Source of the DNA: Candidatus Latescibacterota bacterium
GTDB lineage: Bacteria > Latescibacterota > UBA2968 > GCA-2709665
NCBI GenBank assembly: GCA_965248435.1
Contig: OZ252100.1
Span: forward strand, 5,216,001 to 5,280,000
DNA: 64,000 nt
Direction: 5' to 3'
How positions within the stretch are numbered: position 1 is the stretch's first letter; each line of letters starts with the position of its first letter. The notes beneath the pieces are model-generated. The model had not been told where the DNA came from and made no database searches. It saw only the letters and a list, made by a program, of their open reading frames with translations. The position numbers and the translations under genes were made by a program. Positions 29,413 through 38,818 of this stretch are shown here, piece after piece.

Positions 29413-32400
29413 TCACATCGCCCGCCGGTATTGACCGCCCACTTCATAGAGGGCTTGCGTTATCTGACCGAGGCTGGCTACCCTGACCGTGTTCATCAGC
29501 TCTGCGAACACGTTGTCACCTTTCGATGTTACCTGCCTTAAACGCTCGAGCGCTGCAGGTGCCTGCTTGCAGTGCTGCGCCTGGAACGCTCTGAGTCGAT
29601 CGATTTGATGCCGCTTCTCTTCGGGAGTGGCGCGAGCGAGCTTCATGGCATCGGACTCCGCCTCGTCAATGGATTCTTCTCCGAGAAAGGCATTGACGCC
29701 CACGATCGGGAGTTCGCCGCTGTCCTTCTTGCGCTCGTAGAAAATAGATTCTTCCTGGATGCGGCCTCGTTGATACTGGAGTTCCATGGCCCCGAGGACG
29801 CCGCCACGCTGGTTGATTCGGTCGAACTCCGCCAATACGGCCTCCTCTACAAGGTCTGTCAGCTCTTCGAAGATGTAGGAGCCCTGAAGAGGATTCTCAT
29901 TTTGCGTAAGGCCGAATTCGTGGTGGATGATCTGCTGAATCGCAACAGCTCGGCGCACGGACGCCTCTGTCGGAATCGTGATCGCCTCGTCGAACGCATT
30001 GGTGTGCAGCGAGTTACTCTGGTCGTAGACGGCGGTTAGCGCTTCGAGTGTGGTCCGGATATCGTTGAGTTGGATTTCGCGGGCCTGGAGTGATCGACCG
30101 GATGTCTGGGAGTGGTACTTGAACTTCTGGCTCCGCGCATTGCCGCCATATCGCTCGTTGATGGCTCTGGCCCAGATGCGACGCCCCACTCTCCCGATCA
30201 CGGAGTACTCAGGATCGAGCCCGATGCTGAAGAAGAATGAGAGATTTGACGCGAAATCATCGATTTGCATGCCTCTGGCCAAATAGTATTCCACGTAGGT
30301 GAACCCGTTAGCAAGTGTGAGCGCGAGCTGAGTAATCGGGTTGGCGCCGGCTTCGGCGATGTGATACCCCGACACGGAAACGGAGTAATAGTTGCGGATA
30401 TCGTGGTCTACAAAGTACTGCTGCATATCCCCCATCATCCGTAGACCAAACTCCGTTGAGAAGATGCACTCGTTTTGAGCCTGATCCTCTTTGAGAATGT
30501 CCGCCTGTACCGTTCCCCTGATTGCTTTCAAGGTCTCGCGCTTGATGCGTTCTCGCTCTTCGGGATTTGGATCGTGTGCGTGGTCTCGGGCAAACTTGCT
30601 CACGACCTGATCGATAGCGGCATTAAAGAACATCGCAAGCATCGCCGGCGCCGGGCCGTTGATCGTCATCGATACGCTTGTCATCGGATCTGTCAGGTCG
30701 AATCCTTCAAACAATTGGCTTGTGTCGTCCAAAGTCGCGATCGATACGCCTCCCTCGCCGATACGTCCGAAGATGTCCGGCCGCTCGTCCGGATCCTCGC
30801 CGTAGAGCGTTACACTGTCGAATGCGGTCGAAAGTCTCTTTGCCCGATCGTTACGACATAGATCGTGGAAGCGCCGATTCGTGCGTTCAGGTCCGCCTTC
30901 TCCGGCGAACTGTCGTCGCGGATCCTCCTCCCTGCGTGTGAATGGATAGACCCCTGCCGTGTATGGGTAAAATCCTGGGAGATTCTCTTTCAGTCGAAAT
31001 TTGAGAATTTCGCCCCAGTCTTCGAAGTTCGGAACGGCCACTCTCGGAATCCGTGTGCCGGATAGCGTCGTGTGCGTCGTGTCGACGGAAACGGACCGCC
31101 CCCGAACTTCGAAACTCTGTCGATCCTCGGAATACACCTTCTTGATGTCGCCCCAGCCCTGGATGAGCCCCCAGCACTCCGAATCCATTTCGTTCCGTAG
31201 CTCTTCGAGGCGTTTCCCGATCGCGCTCCTGGCTTCCGGGTCTTCGCATTCGCGTTTCGCACCATCGAGCTGATACAGCCGCCGAGCCAGGGAGACCTGG
31301 TGTTCCACCCATGCACGCCGGTCTCGGATGATCGAAGCGATCTCGCCCAGATAGGCACTCCGGTTTTCGGGAATGATGATGTGTCGCTTCCCGGTCACGG
31401 TTCCCTGAGGGAGCTCGAGTGAAGATTGGATGTCTTTCTTTAAACGCCCGAGCAAAGCGAGATAAAGGGCCGTCACGCCAGCATCTCCGTACTGGCTCGC
31501 GATCGTGCCAAACACGGGAAGCTCGGGGTCTGGAACGTCGTGGAACGTCTGCCCGTTTCGCCGAATCTGCCGACGCACTTCACGCAGGGCGTCCTCCCCG
31601 CCGTGTCGATCGTACTTGTTCACGGCAGTCAGGTCAGCGTAATCCAGCATGTCTATCTTTTCAAGCTGAGAGGCGGCCCCATACTCCGGAGTCATCACAT
31701 AGAGACTCACGTCAGAAATGTCGACGACGGCCGAGCTCCCCTGACCGATGCCAGCTGTCTCGACGAAGATGAGATCAAAGCCTGACGCCTGAAGTATCTG
31801 AATGGCCTGCTCCGTGACTTTTGACAACTCGGAAAGGGAGCCGCGGGTTGCGAGGGAGCGCACGTAGACTCGCGGTGATTTGGAGGGCTCCCGGTCCTGG
31901 TCAAAGACCGAGTTCATCCTGATCCGGTCACCAAGCATCGCGCCCCCGGTCTTTCGCTTACTGGGATCGACAGACAAATAAGCGATCTGCAGCTCCGGAA
32001 AGTCTCCCAGCAATCGCAATAGGAGCTCGTCGGCAATGGAGCTCTTGCCGGCTCCGCCCGTGCCGGTGATTCCAATGATCGGTGTGTCGCGCTTCGCGGC
32101 CAGACGCGAGATAGATTCTCTGCTGCGGTCTGAAAGGCCTGGGCCTTCGGCTTCCGTGATGAGGCGGGCCAACAGCGCCGTTGACTCCGTGGTGAGCCGC
32201 GAAGGATCACCATCCAGCGAGCCGGAATTCAGGGCGAAATCAGCAGTTTCAAGCATATGGGAAATAATTCCCTGAAGACCCAGTCGGCGGCCATCTTCCG
32301 GCGAATAGACCTTGGTGACACCGTATTTCTCGAGCGCACGGGCCTCGGATGGCAGAATCACACCACCTCCGCCCCCGAAGATTTTGATGTGGTCGGCGTT

Positions 32401-32670
32401 TCGCTCACGCAAAAGATCGACAAGGTATTGGAAAAATTCGTGGTGGCCGCCCTGATAGGAGCTCACGGCCACGGCCTGGACATCTTCCTGAATGGCCGCG
32501 TTGGCAATCTCTGCAGCAGAACGGTTGTGGCCGAGATGGATCACCTCAGCTCCGCCCTGCTGGAGCATCCGGCGGACGATGTTGATCGACACGTCGTGTC
32601 CGTCGAATAGTGAGGCAGCGGTGACGAAGCGGACTCTATTGTGGGGTTTGTAATCAAGCGTTGACGTCAT
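29413..32670 (-). CDS. icmF: Fused isobutyryl-CoA mutase / MeaB-like GTPase
   Basis: N-terminal B12 domain (FDGHD, HLGHNRS), GTGGAGKSS P-loop, mutase barrel (RQFAGEG, GTVQADILKE, GYHIAEAG); about 1085 aa. Confidence 0.95.
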   Translation of the reverse strand: MTSTLDYKPHNRVRFVTAASLFDGHDVSINIVRRMLQQGGAEVIHLGHNRSAAEIANAAIQEDVQAVAVSSYQGGHHEFFQYLVDLLRERNADHIKIFGGGGGVILPSEARALEKYGVTKVYSPEDGRRLGLQGIISHMLETADFALNSGSLDGDPSRLTTESTALLARLITEAEGPGLSDRSRESISRLAAKRDTPIIGITGTGGAGKSSIADELLLRLLGDFPELQIAYLSVDPSKRKTGGAMLGDRIRMNSVFDQDREPSKSPRVYVRSLATRGSLSELSKVTEQAIQILQASGFDLIFVETAGIGQGSSAVVDISDVSLYVMTPEYGAASQLEKIDMLDYADLTAVNKYDRHGGEDALREVRRQIRRNGQTFHDVPDPELPVFGTIASQYGDAGVTALYLALLGRLKKDIQSSLELPQGTVTGKRHIIIPENRSAYLGEIASIIRDRRAWVEHQVSLARRLYQLDGAKRECEDPEARSAIGKRLEELRNEMDSECWGLIQGWGDIKKVYSEDRQSFEVRGRSVSVDTTHTTLSGTRIPRVAVPNFEDWGEILKFRLKENLPGFYPYTAGVYPFTRREEDPRRQFAGEGGPERTNRRFHDLCRNDRAKRLSTAFDSVTLYGEDPDERPDIFGRIGEGGVSIATLDDTSQLFEGFDLTDPMTSVSMTINGPAPAMLAMFFNAAIDQVVSKFARDHAHDPNPEERERIKRETLKAIRGTVQADILKEDQAQNECIFSTEFGLRMMGDMQQYFVDHDIRNYYSVSVSGYHIAEAGANPITQLALTLANGFTYVEYYLARGMQIDDFASNLSFFFSIGLDPEYSVIGRVGRRIWARAINERYGGNARSQKFKYHSQTSGRSLQAREIQLNDIRTTLEALTAVYDQSNSLHTNAFDEAITIPTEASVRRAVAIQQIIHHEFGLTQNENPLQGSYIFEELTDLVEEAVLAEFDRINQRGGVLGAMELQYQRGRIQEESIFYERKKDSGELPIVGVNAFLGEESIDEAESDAMKLARATPEEKRHQIDRLRAFQAQHCKQAPAALERLRQVTSKGDNVFAELMNTVRVASLGQITQALYEVGGQYRRAM

Positions 32671-32684
32671 TCATCTTACCCGAA

Positions 32685-33869
32685 TCAAATGATGTGATCG
32701 GCGGTCTCGTCTCTATGTTTTTGCAGGTATGCCATAAAAGGGGTTCCCCCAGTACCTACACTGGTCGGGTTGACCGAGGCAGCTTGCGCCTGCTGTTCAA
32801 TATAGTTCCTGGCGTAGTCCAGATGAGTGGAGCGGAATTCCTCCATCTGTTCAATGCATCCATTGTAGGAATCTCGAAGTGCAGGATTATTCTTATGATG
32901 ATCGACCACATAGTCTCGGACGGATCCCTTAGACTCAATGGTTTCAATAAAAGCCCTGTGTCTTGGCGGCATATAGTCACGCATTTCATTCAAAAAGGCC
33001 AGTAAGGGGTCATCCTGGTGGGTAATTCCCAGCGCCGCATCCAATGACGGGATGATGGAACTCTGCGCCCCGGTCTCCCCACGAAACCGTTGGGGTTCAC
33101 CTTTGAACTCTGCTACGCCGTCGTAGGTGACGCCCCGGGGGAGTGATGGATGATCCTTCCAGCCGTGCAGGTAGGGCCTTACTCGATTGTAGTAGATATA
33201 CGGATCACAATGCTCGGGCATCCGGGATAGGAGGCGATTCATGCCTTCAAGAGAGGCCGCGATTCGTCGAAGGGCCTGCGCAAGCCGGTCAGGGTCTCCT
33301 GAAGCAGCTGTGCCGAGGGCATCGGGGATGGAGGTGAGGGCACCGACGGCCTGCTGTTCAATCGCTACGTGAACAAGGACGAACCATTCTTCATCAATCC
33401 CGCCTAGAAAGTTTTGAAGGAGTGCGATGTTTCCCAACTGGATTGGGCCATTGGCGTCGATCCGCCTCCAGTTCCCGAGCGCGTACGAAGCATAGGAGAG
33501 AACGGGTGGGCGGCCCAGATGCCCGGAAATCTGGCACCACGGGCGAGCCAAGCTGTGGGGGATGCGATCAGCCGGCTTTGCGTCGCCCCAGACGTAGGCG
33601 TGTCCGAGGTAGGGCAGGAGGAGCATGGCCCTTTCGCGTTCATCGCGACTTCTCAGCGGAGAAGAATCCAGGATAGGGAGTTCACCCACAATGGCACGAA
33701 TGCGACCCGTCGCCAGCAGTTTTGGCAGCTCGTGTGCAGCTTGTTCCCAGGCCAGGAAATGGCTCGGCAATGCTCCGATCGGGTCAACAGGAGGAAGAAA
33801 ACCCCTTTCCGAACCAACCTCGAATTCCCGGATGTCCAGACCAGGAGCCGATTTCTTTACCGCATTCAC
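32685..33869 (-). CDS. Indoleamine 2,3-dioxygenase family heme protein
   Basis: HAYVWG, NW, EEWFVLVHVAIE, YNRVRPYLHGW, GETGAQSS, MRDYMP, FRSTH (proximal His), GTGGT. Confidence 0.88.
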   Translation of the reverse strand: MNAVKKSAPGLDIREFEVGSERGFLPPVDPIGALPSHFLAWEQAAHELPKLLATGRIRAIVGELPILDSSPLRSRDERERAMLLLPYLGHAYVWGDAKPADRIPHSLARPWCQISGHLGRPPVLSYASYALGNWRRIDANGPIQLGNIALLQNFLGGIDEEWFVLVHVAIEQQAVGALTSIPDALGTAASGDPDRLAQALRRIAASLEGMNRLLSRMPEHCDPYIYYNRVRPYLHGWKDHPSLPRGVTYDGVAEFKGEPQRFRGETGAQSSIIPSLDAALGITHQDDPLLAFLNEMRDYMPPRHRAFIETIESKGSVRDYVVDHHKNNPALRDSYNGCIEQMEEFRSTHLDYARNYIEQQAQAASVNPTSVGTGGTPFMAYLQKHRDETADHII

Positions 33870-33892
33870 GGGTTTGACCCTCGTCGTCTACC

Positions 33893-34366
33893 TCAAGCCG
33901 GTTTCCAGGCCAGGTCGAGAATCGTGTGCGTCGGGGTCTCGGTTCGAAACCATGCCTTGACCTTCAAGCCGATCTTCGGTTCCCCTTCGATCAGGAATGA
34001 CATCAGTTTCGTACAGACGCCGTCCAACGAAACTGAAATGAGCGGACAGGGCGTAGATAGCTTGAAGTTGCTCCCAGGGTATTCAACGGTGGTGTGCGTG
34101 TAGATTTCACCTGTTTGAGGTGCTTCCACCCATTGCATGGGTTCCAGGCAATCCGGACAATACACCCTGGGCGGCAGCCAGATCTGACTTTCCTCACAAC
34201 GATGGTTTATGCAGTGTCTACCCAGAAGTTTAGATTCGCGCAGCCCTTCGAAGAACTCACTGAGCCCACCATACGTGTGGATATGGAAATAATTCTTCAC
34301 ATTCTTGATTACCAGGGGAGATGGGTTGAGGGCTTCGCATCCTGGAGCTATCAATTCGACCGGCAT
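33893..34366 (-). CDS. DUF35 Zn-ribbon/OB-fold protein (thiolase partner)
   Basis: C..C...PPRVYCPDC zinc ribbon followed by an OB fold; follows a thiolase. Confidence 0.88.
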   Translation of the reverse strand: MPVELIAPGCEALNPSPLVIKNVKNYFHIHTYGGLSEFFEGLRESKLLGRHCINHRCEESQIWLPPRVYCPDCLEPMQWVEAPQTGEIYTHTTVEYPGSNFKLSTPCPLISVSLDGVCTKLMSFLIEGEPKIGLKVKAWFRTETPTHTILDLAWKPA

Positions 34367-34386
34367 AATGCCTCCTCAGGATCGAT

Positions 34387-35745
34387 TTAAGCTGTCTCTA
34401 GAATTGCCATTGTGACGTGGCTGCCCGTGCCCGCGTGGCTGATGGCGGCGCCGCGCCTGGGGTTGATCGCCTGGAGGTTTTCGATGTCATCGGGTATGGT
34501 CTTGCCGCACCGTTCCCAGATCTTTGGATCCGTGTGGAATTTCGCCCATTGGCCTTGAAGCTGCCAGATCAGTTCCACAATCTGGAAGATTCCGGTCGCG
34601 CCCACAGCGTGCATAGATCCCAGTAGCCCCCCGGACAGGTTCGTGGGCAGTTTCCCCCCCAAGTAGGCTTCACCACTCTCGATAAATTCACGTCCCTGGC
34701 CATAGGGCCTAAGACCGATATCTTCGTATGTCTGGATGTCGCTGATGGTGAAGGCGTCGTGCGTTTCCAGAAGGTCCAGATCTTCCAGAGGATTCTGGAT
34801 ACCGGCCATGTGATAGGCCAGGTAGGCTGCCATTCGAGCGGCCAGGAACGAACTGAAGCCTGGCCAGTCCCACTCGCGATCCTCGTACAATTCTTCAGGC
34901 TCGTGCGGCAGACGAAGGACTTCCATCGGGCGTCGGTCGGCGGTCCTGAGCGTGTGCGTACCGGAGCAGATCGCACTCAATCGAATGGGGTTGTCAGAGA
35001 GTTTGTAGGCCATTTTTTCGTCTGCCAGGACGAGGGCCGCCGCACCAGTGCTCATCACGCAGCATTCCAGGAAGCTCAACGGGTCGGAGACCATGTCATT
35101 TTGCAGGACTTCCTCATCCGTCAGCTTCATTGGGTTTTGGGAGAAAGGTGATGAGTATGCGTAGCGGTGGTTCTTCACCGCAATCTTGGCGAGCGTCTCC
35201 CTGGGCACCTGGTTTTCATGCAGATATCGCTGGGCCATCAAAGCGTAGTAGCTGGCGTACATCCAGCCCAGTTCGGACTCGAAGTTCTTGCAGGCCGCGG
35301 ACGCGATGTATGAGTTCCCGTGTTTGGTCGGCACTTCGTCCATACGTTCCCATCCTACAACCGGTACCACGTCAGCATAGCCCGAGGCGATCGCCATCGC
35401 TGCCGCCAGCACGGCGTGACCCCCCGTTGCGCCCCCGGTCTTGACCTCTATGTTGCCGAGCGGATCGAAGCCGAGCCCGTCGTGTACGCGGGCAGCCGCC
35501 AGGAGCTGGTCGCCGAAATGGTCTGCAAACTGAGAATAGACGCAGAAGTTGACCATCCTTTTGAATTCCGGCATCGACACCTTGAGGCCGTTTTCCAGGA
35601 CGGCCATGTTGAGGGCCTCTGCCGTCAGTTCCTCCGTGGATTTTTCAGGATACCGCTTCCGATAATCGGTCGTACCGCCCGCCACGACGTATACGGGCTT
35701 GGCGAACTGGGGGATTCGAAGGTTGCCCTCTCCAAACTTAATCAC
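34387..35745 (-). CDS. SCP-x-type thiolase-fold protein lacking the nucleophilic Cys
   Basis: AVKNH, HDAF, NLSGGLLGSMHAVGATG; KTGGATGG in place of the ACASG motif. Confidence 0.88.
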   Translation of the reverse strand: MIKFGEGNLRIPQFAKPVYVVAGGTTDYRKRYPEKSTEELTAEALNMAVLENGLKVSMPEFKRMVNFCVYSQFADHFGDQLLAAARVHDGLGFDPLGNIEVKTGGATGGHAVLAAAMAIASGYADVVPVVGWERMDEVPTKHGNSYIASAACKNFESELGWMYASYYALMAQRYLHENQVPRETLAKIAVKNHRYAYSSPFSQNPMKLTDEEVLQNDMVSDPLSFLECCVMSTGAAALVLADEKMAYKLSDNPIRLSAICSGTHTLRTADRRPMEVLRLPHEPEELYEDREWDWPGFSSFLAARMAAYLAYHMAGIQNPLEDLDLLETHDAFTISDIQTYEDIGLRPYGQGREFIESGEAYLGGKLPTNLSGGLLGSMHAVGATGIFQIVELIWQLQGQWAKFHTDPKIWERCGKTIPDDIENLQAINPRRGAAISHAGTGSHVTMAILETA

Positions 35746-35772
35746 GAGACCTCCTTCCGAACACGGGACAGG

Positions 35773-37113
35773 TCAAGAGGCCGTAAACTCGTTGATCGGG
35801 CCATATAGGTGATGGAACCCCGTGATCAAAACCGTGTTGATGTCCTCGGACGATTTTGCGATCCCTTCGGAGATGAGTTCCTGGGCGATTCGGCTAGACT
35901 CAATCAGATAGGCCATGGCCAGCCGAGCACCGGGGCTGTCCGATGCGGCTAGGCAGGCGAAGTGATTTCTCAGCTTTTGATCGAGATCCGGATCGCCCAA
36001 CAAACCCTTCCACGAGGCGCCCACCTCGGAAATCGGGTCCAGCGCCTGGTCCACGGGCCCCAGGGATCCGGAATCAAGAGGCAGGTATGCCTCCTGATCA
36101 AAAGTGTAGATGCCAACCGCTCGTCGCCCTTCGTATTGGAAGAACCCGTCTTTCTGCGATCCATCGGTTCGCTGCCCGCCCATCAGCTTTTTCGAGCTCA
36201 TCTGGTCGATCAGATCGGAGCGGTATGTTTCCCTGTCGATGTGCTTTGCCATCACTCGCAGGACTGACAAAATGACGTCCAACCCGATATAATCGAGGAG
36301 CTGAAACGTTCCCATCGGACGGATCAGTCCTTCCTGGCTGATCTTGTTTAACGCGTAGATCGCCCCGTGCACACCGAAACGTTCACGCAGATTGCCCGCC
36401 TGGTCTAAGGCGTAGAGTGCCTCCCGCACAAAATGACCCGTACCGATGAAGCCGGCAACGTCGCCGGAGAACACAACTGTTTTGCCTAGACGTCGTCCCA
36501 GGTCCCGTGCCATCTCAGTCAGTTCCGGACGGGTTGCGGAAGAGGGGATCAGCTCGAGCAGCTTTTGCACGGCTGGTGGATTGAAAAAGTGGGACCCGAT
36601 AAGACGCCCACCAAGGCCGGCCTCTTGATCCAGAAATCCAATCGGAATGGAAGAGGTGTTGGAAAAGAAATAGGAACCGGGACAGATGTCACCCACGGTG
36701 CGAAGGGTGTCTATCTTCAGCTGTTCGTCTTCGGGGACGACTTCGAAGACCAGCCGTGAGTCAGCGGCCTGGTGGATATCGGTATGTGTGCAGATGACCG
36801 ATAGGGCGTCGTCAACGAAGGCCTTAACGATCTGTTCGTCAGTCTTTAGATCCTCTCGGTCGTCGTAAAGCGTCCGGAGACGGTCGACGTTCGACTCGGC
36901 CTTTCTTGTGCACTGCGTCCGAACGTAGTTGAGCGCGCCATCCAATCCCTCTTGTCTGACATCTATCAGGTTTAACTGGTAGGACTTTTTCTGGTTTTCA
37001 GGGATGTTTTTCAGGCGGACGATTTCCTGGGCCAACAGCAGGGAGATCCCGCTTCCCATCTTGCCGGCAGCACCGAGCACCGTGATCCGTTCGAAGCGTT
37101 CGTCAAGACTCAT
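35773..37113 (-). CDS. 3-hydroxyacyl-CoA dehydrogenase family protein
   Basis: GAAGKMG, EVVPE, SNTSS, HFFNP, GFIG, DYIGLDV. Confidence 0.9.
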   Translation of the reverse strand: MSLDERFERITVLGAAGKMGSGISLLLAQEIVRLKNIPENQKKSYQLNLIDVRQEGLDGALNYVRTQCTRKAESNVDRLRTLYDDREDLKTDEQIVKAFVDDALSVICTHTDIHQAADSRLVFEVVPEDEQLKIDTLRTVGDICPGSYFFSNTSSIPIGFLDQEAGLGGRLIGSHFFNPPAVQKLLELIPSSATRPELTEMARDLGRRLGKTVVFSGDVAGFIGTGHFVREALYALDQAGNLRERFGVHGAIYALNKISQEGLIRPMGTFQLLDYIGLDVILSVLRVMAKHIDRETYRSDLIDQMSSKKLMGGQRTDGSQKDGFFQYEGRRAVGIYTFDQEAYLPLDSGSLGPVDQALDPISEVGASWKGLLGDPDLDQKLRNHFACLAASDSPGARLAMAYLIESSRIAQELISEGIAKSSEDINTVLITGFHHLYGPINEFTAS

Positions 37114-37330
37114 TTCAGTCGTCCGACGTTAGGGGGCGTGCGTATCCGAACTTGCGCGGTGCAGTGGGTGTTGAAGACAGGTATTCTTCGAATCTTGCAC
37201 AGATGGGGATTTTCTCCCGGTGTTTCAGACCGTCTCGTGACACATCCGACGACACCAGGAAAGTAACAAAATCCTAGCACCGGCGCCACTACCTCGCATC
37301 ATCCACCACGTTGGCCCGGACCGTCCCGCC

Positions 37331-37410
37331 TTGACAAAAAAAAACCGCAAGTTGCGCCGGTTAAAAAGAAGCCTGCCCGGGCGTCACCGTGCGATTATCG
37401 TAACCTGCTA
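37331..37410 (+). pseudogene. Decayed duplicate of the 3' end of the CMP-kinase-like/PD-(D/E)XK gene (about 50810-50905)
   Basis: AAAAAAAACCGCAAGTTGCGCCGG identical; downstream GTCA(C/A)CGTGCG and GATTATC..AACCT blocks align with indels. Confidence 0.7.
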
Positions 37411-37416
37411 AAAAAG

Positions 37417-37579
37417 TGAACCCCAAGTGACCTTTATCGGTCCTTTGAAGTTTCAGGCCTATTCCACTTTTCCGTTACCTAGATAGAATCCCTTCGTGGG
37501 GATGGAATCTATCTCCCCGGAAAAGCACCTCGAATAGGTTGGGGAAGTCTTAAAGGACCTTAGAACCTCTTGGGGTTCA
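37417..37579 (-). ncRNA. 6S-like rod-shaped RNA, copy A
   Basis: Terminal stem TGAACCCCAAG/CTTGGGGTTCA, internal bubble, apical stem; homologous to 50934-51124 with compensatory changes; own promoter. Confidence 0.65.
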
Positions 37580-37586
37580 ATAATTC

Positions 37587-37615
37587 AAAGTACCGCAATC
37601 TTCATGGATTGTCAA
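37587..37615 (-). promoter_or_regulatory. sigma70 promoter of RNA copy A
   Basis: Minus strand TTGACA-17-TACTTT, ending 7 nt before the RNA stem. Confidence 0.75.
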
Positions 37616-37688
37616 GCATTCTTCATCTAAATTATTACTTCCGGTTATTTTTAATTGAAATAGTTTATATCGTATTGTAAATATTCAA

Positions 37689-37862
37689 CTAAATACCACG
37701 CTCTACCAAAAATAAGCACATGTCCCGTAGTGTCTCCCGAACCTCTGTCTCCGGAAGCTGGTCCAGAGAGGTCTCGGCGACCCGTGTCCACTTCCGGCAC
37801 TCCAAGAGGTGGTCACGGCCGATCAGGGTCTGGAACGCAGCGCTCAGGACATCCTGGTTCAA
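37689..37862 (-). pseudogene. C-terminal fragment resembling a polyprenyl diphosphate synthase
   Basis: Translates ...RVAETSLDQLPETEVRETLRDMCLFLVERGI*; host-like GC; no N-terminal portion present. Confidence 0.45.
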
Positions 37863-38050
37863 AAAAGTTGCCTTATGGGAATTCTTAACATATCGCTTAG
37901 TTCAATTAAATGGCGACCTTGTGGGAAATGGATGTCATTCTCCCATTTATAGACAGTGACTATAGTAACCTTAATTTGATTGGCCACATACTCTTGAGTG
38001 TACCCCAATGCCACCCGGCGTCTTTTTATCGTCTCCCCTATTTTCTTCAT
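37859..38050 (-). CDS. Small XRE/Cro-like HTH protein (AT-rich, phage-like)
   Basis: IGETIKRRR..LGYTQEYVANQIKVT..TVYKWEND...P. Confidence 0.8.
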   Translation of the reverse strand: MKKIGETIKRRRVALGYTQEYVANQIKVTIVTVYKWENDIHFPQGRHLIELSDMLRIPIRQLF

Positions 38051-38068
38051 TGCCTTCTGCCCTTCAAT

Positions 38069-38240
38069 TCAAAAGCTTAGTCTTTGAGATCCATTCCAAT
38101 TGGGGGGGACAAATGAAGAAACTTTTATGGCATTCGTAGAGATTATGTTTGCGTTTAACTCTGCATTATCAAAAGCAGCAAGTTTTGTTCTTCCATGGCC
38201 TATTCCAGAAGTGATATAGGCCTTTCCCGATTTTCTATTC
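38069..38240 (-). pseudogene. N-terminal fragment of a pyruvoyl-dependent arginine decarboxylase-like protein
   Basis: ITSGIGHGRTKLAAFDNAELNANI...IKVSSFVPP (Ser-Ser autocleavage site); stops shortly afterwards. Confidence 0.65.
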
Positions 38241-38381
38241 CAATCGTGCACAGTGAGTATTAGTACTGATCCATTAAGGTTTGATATTGAAGAATCTGTG
38301 AGGCGGTTCCCCCACAATTGCAGCTAACTTTTGGATATATTGAGTCCATTACCCCTTTATATGAGTCTTTTGAATATCTTT

Positions 38382-38627
38382 TCATCTCCAGCTTCTGACT
38401 TCTCGCATTTCTTTGATATATTCCCTTGGGATGTGGTGTACATTCCGATAAGTATTCCCACGCCTATCCGTCGCAAAACTGACATATTTTCCATCATCTC
38501 TGACCAGAATACCTACCGATTCTAACTCAAATTTTGGGTCAATATCGTCTGCTCCAATCCACCTATCCGGATCCCAGCAGGCGTCCTCCCACCTCACGTA
38601 GATCACTTTCGGCGGCACTTCCATCAC
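38382..38627 (-). CDS. Small hypothetical protein of phage type
   Basis: VRWEDA..SVGILV..IP pattern; GAGGTG RBS; AT-rich. Confidence 0.7.
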   Translation of the reverse strand: MMEVPPKVIYVRWEDACWDPDRWIGADDIDPKFELESVGILVRDDGKYVSFATDRRGNTYRNVHHIPREYIKEMREVRSWR

Positions 38628-38646
38628 CTCTCTTTTACCGGGACAT

Positions 38647-38697
38647 AAACAAATAGCCGCACCTCCCGATAATAACCTCTTCTTCGGCGGTGCGGCT
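38647..38697 (-). terminator. Intrinsic terminator/attenuator in the leader of the phage-type gene
   Basis: AGCCGCACC...GGTGCGGCT followed on the minus strand by ATTTGTTT. Confidence 0.6.
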
Positions 38698-38703
38698 TTA
38701 TAT

Positions 38704-38806
38704 ACGAACCGACCTTTCGCCCTCAGACTACTGCAAGACCCCTACGATTCGTCAGAGCAGGGCCGGTACGCTCGCGGCCCGACCTTTCGGCAGATTTGCC
38801 TTTTTT
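38704..38806 (-). promoter_or_regulatory. c-di-GMP-I (GEMM)-like riboswitch aptamer, variant or degenerate
   Basis: Minus strand GGCAAA-TCTGCC-GAAA-GGTCGG-GCCGC-GAGC..CCGGCC...GGTCGGTT mirrors the GEMM P2/P3 layout; lies between a promoter and a terminator. Confidence 0.45.
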
Positions 38807-38818
38807 GGATGAGCTAAA

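Noticed and set aside
37855-37870. Programmed -1 frameshift (C TTT TTT) fusing the XRE protein to the downstream fragment
   Set aside because: The frames would join, but the site coincides with an abrupt GC shift, which a chimeric junction explains more simply
37689-38640. Integron cassette array
   Set aside because: No attC (RYYYAAC..GTTRRRY) structures or IntI found at the fragment junctions
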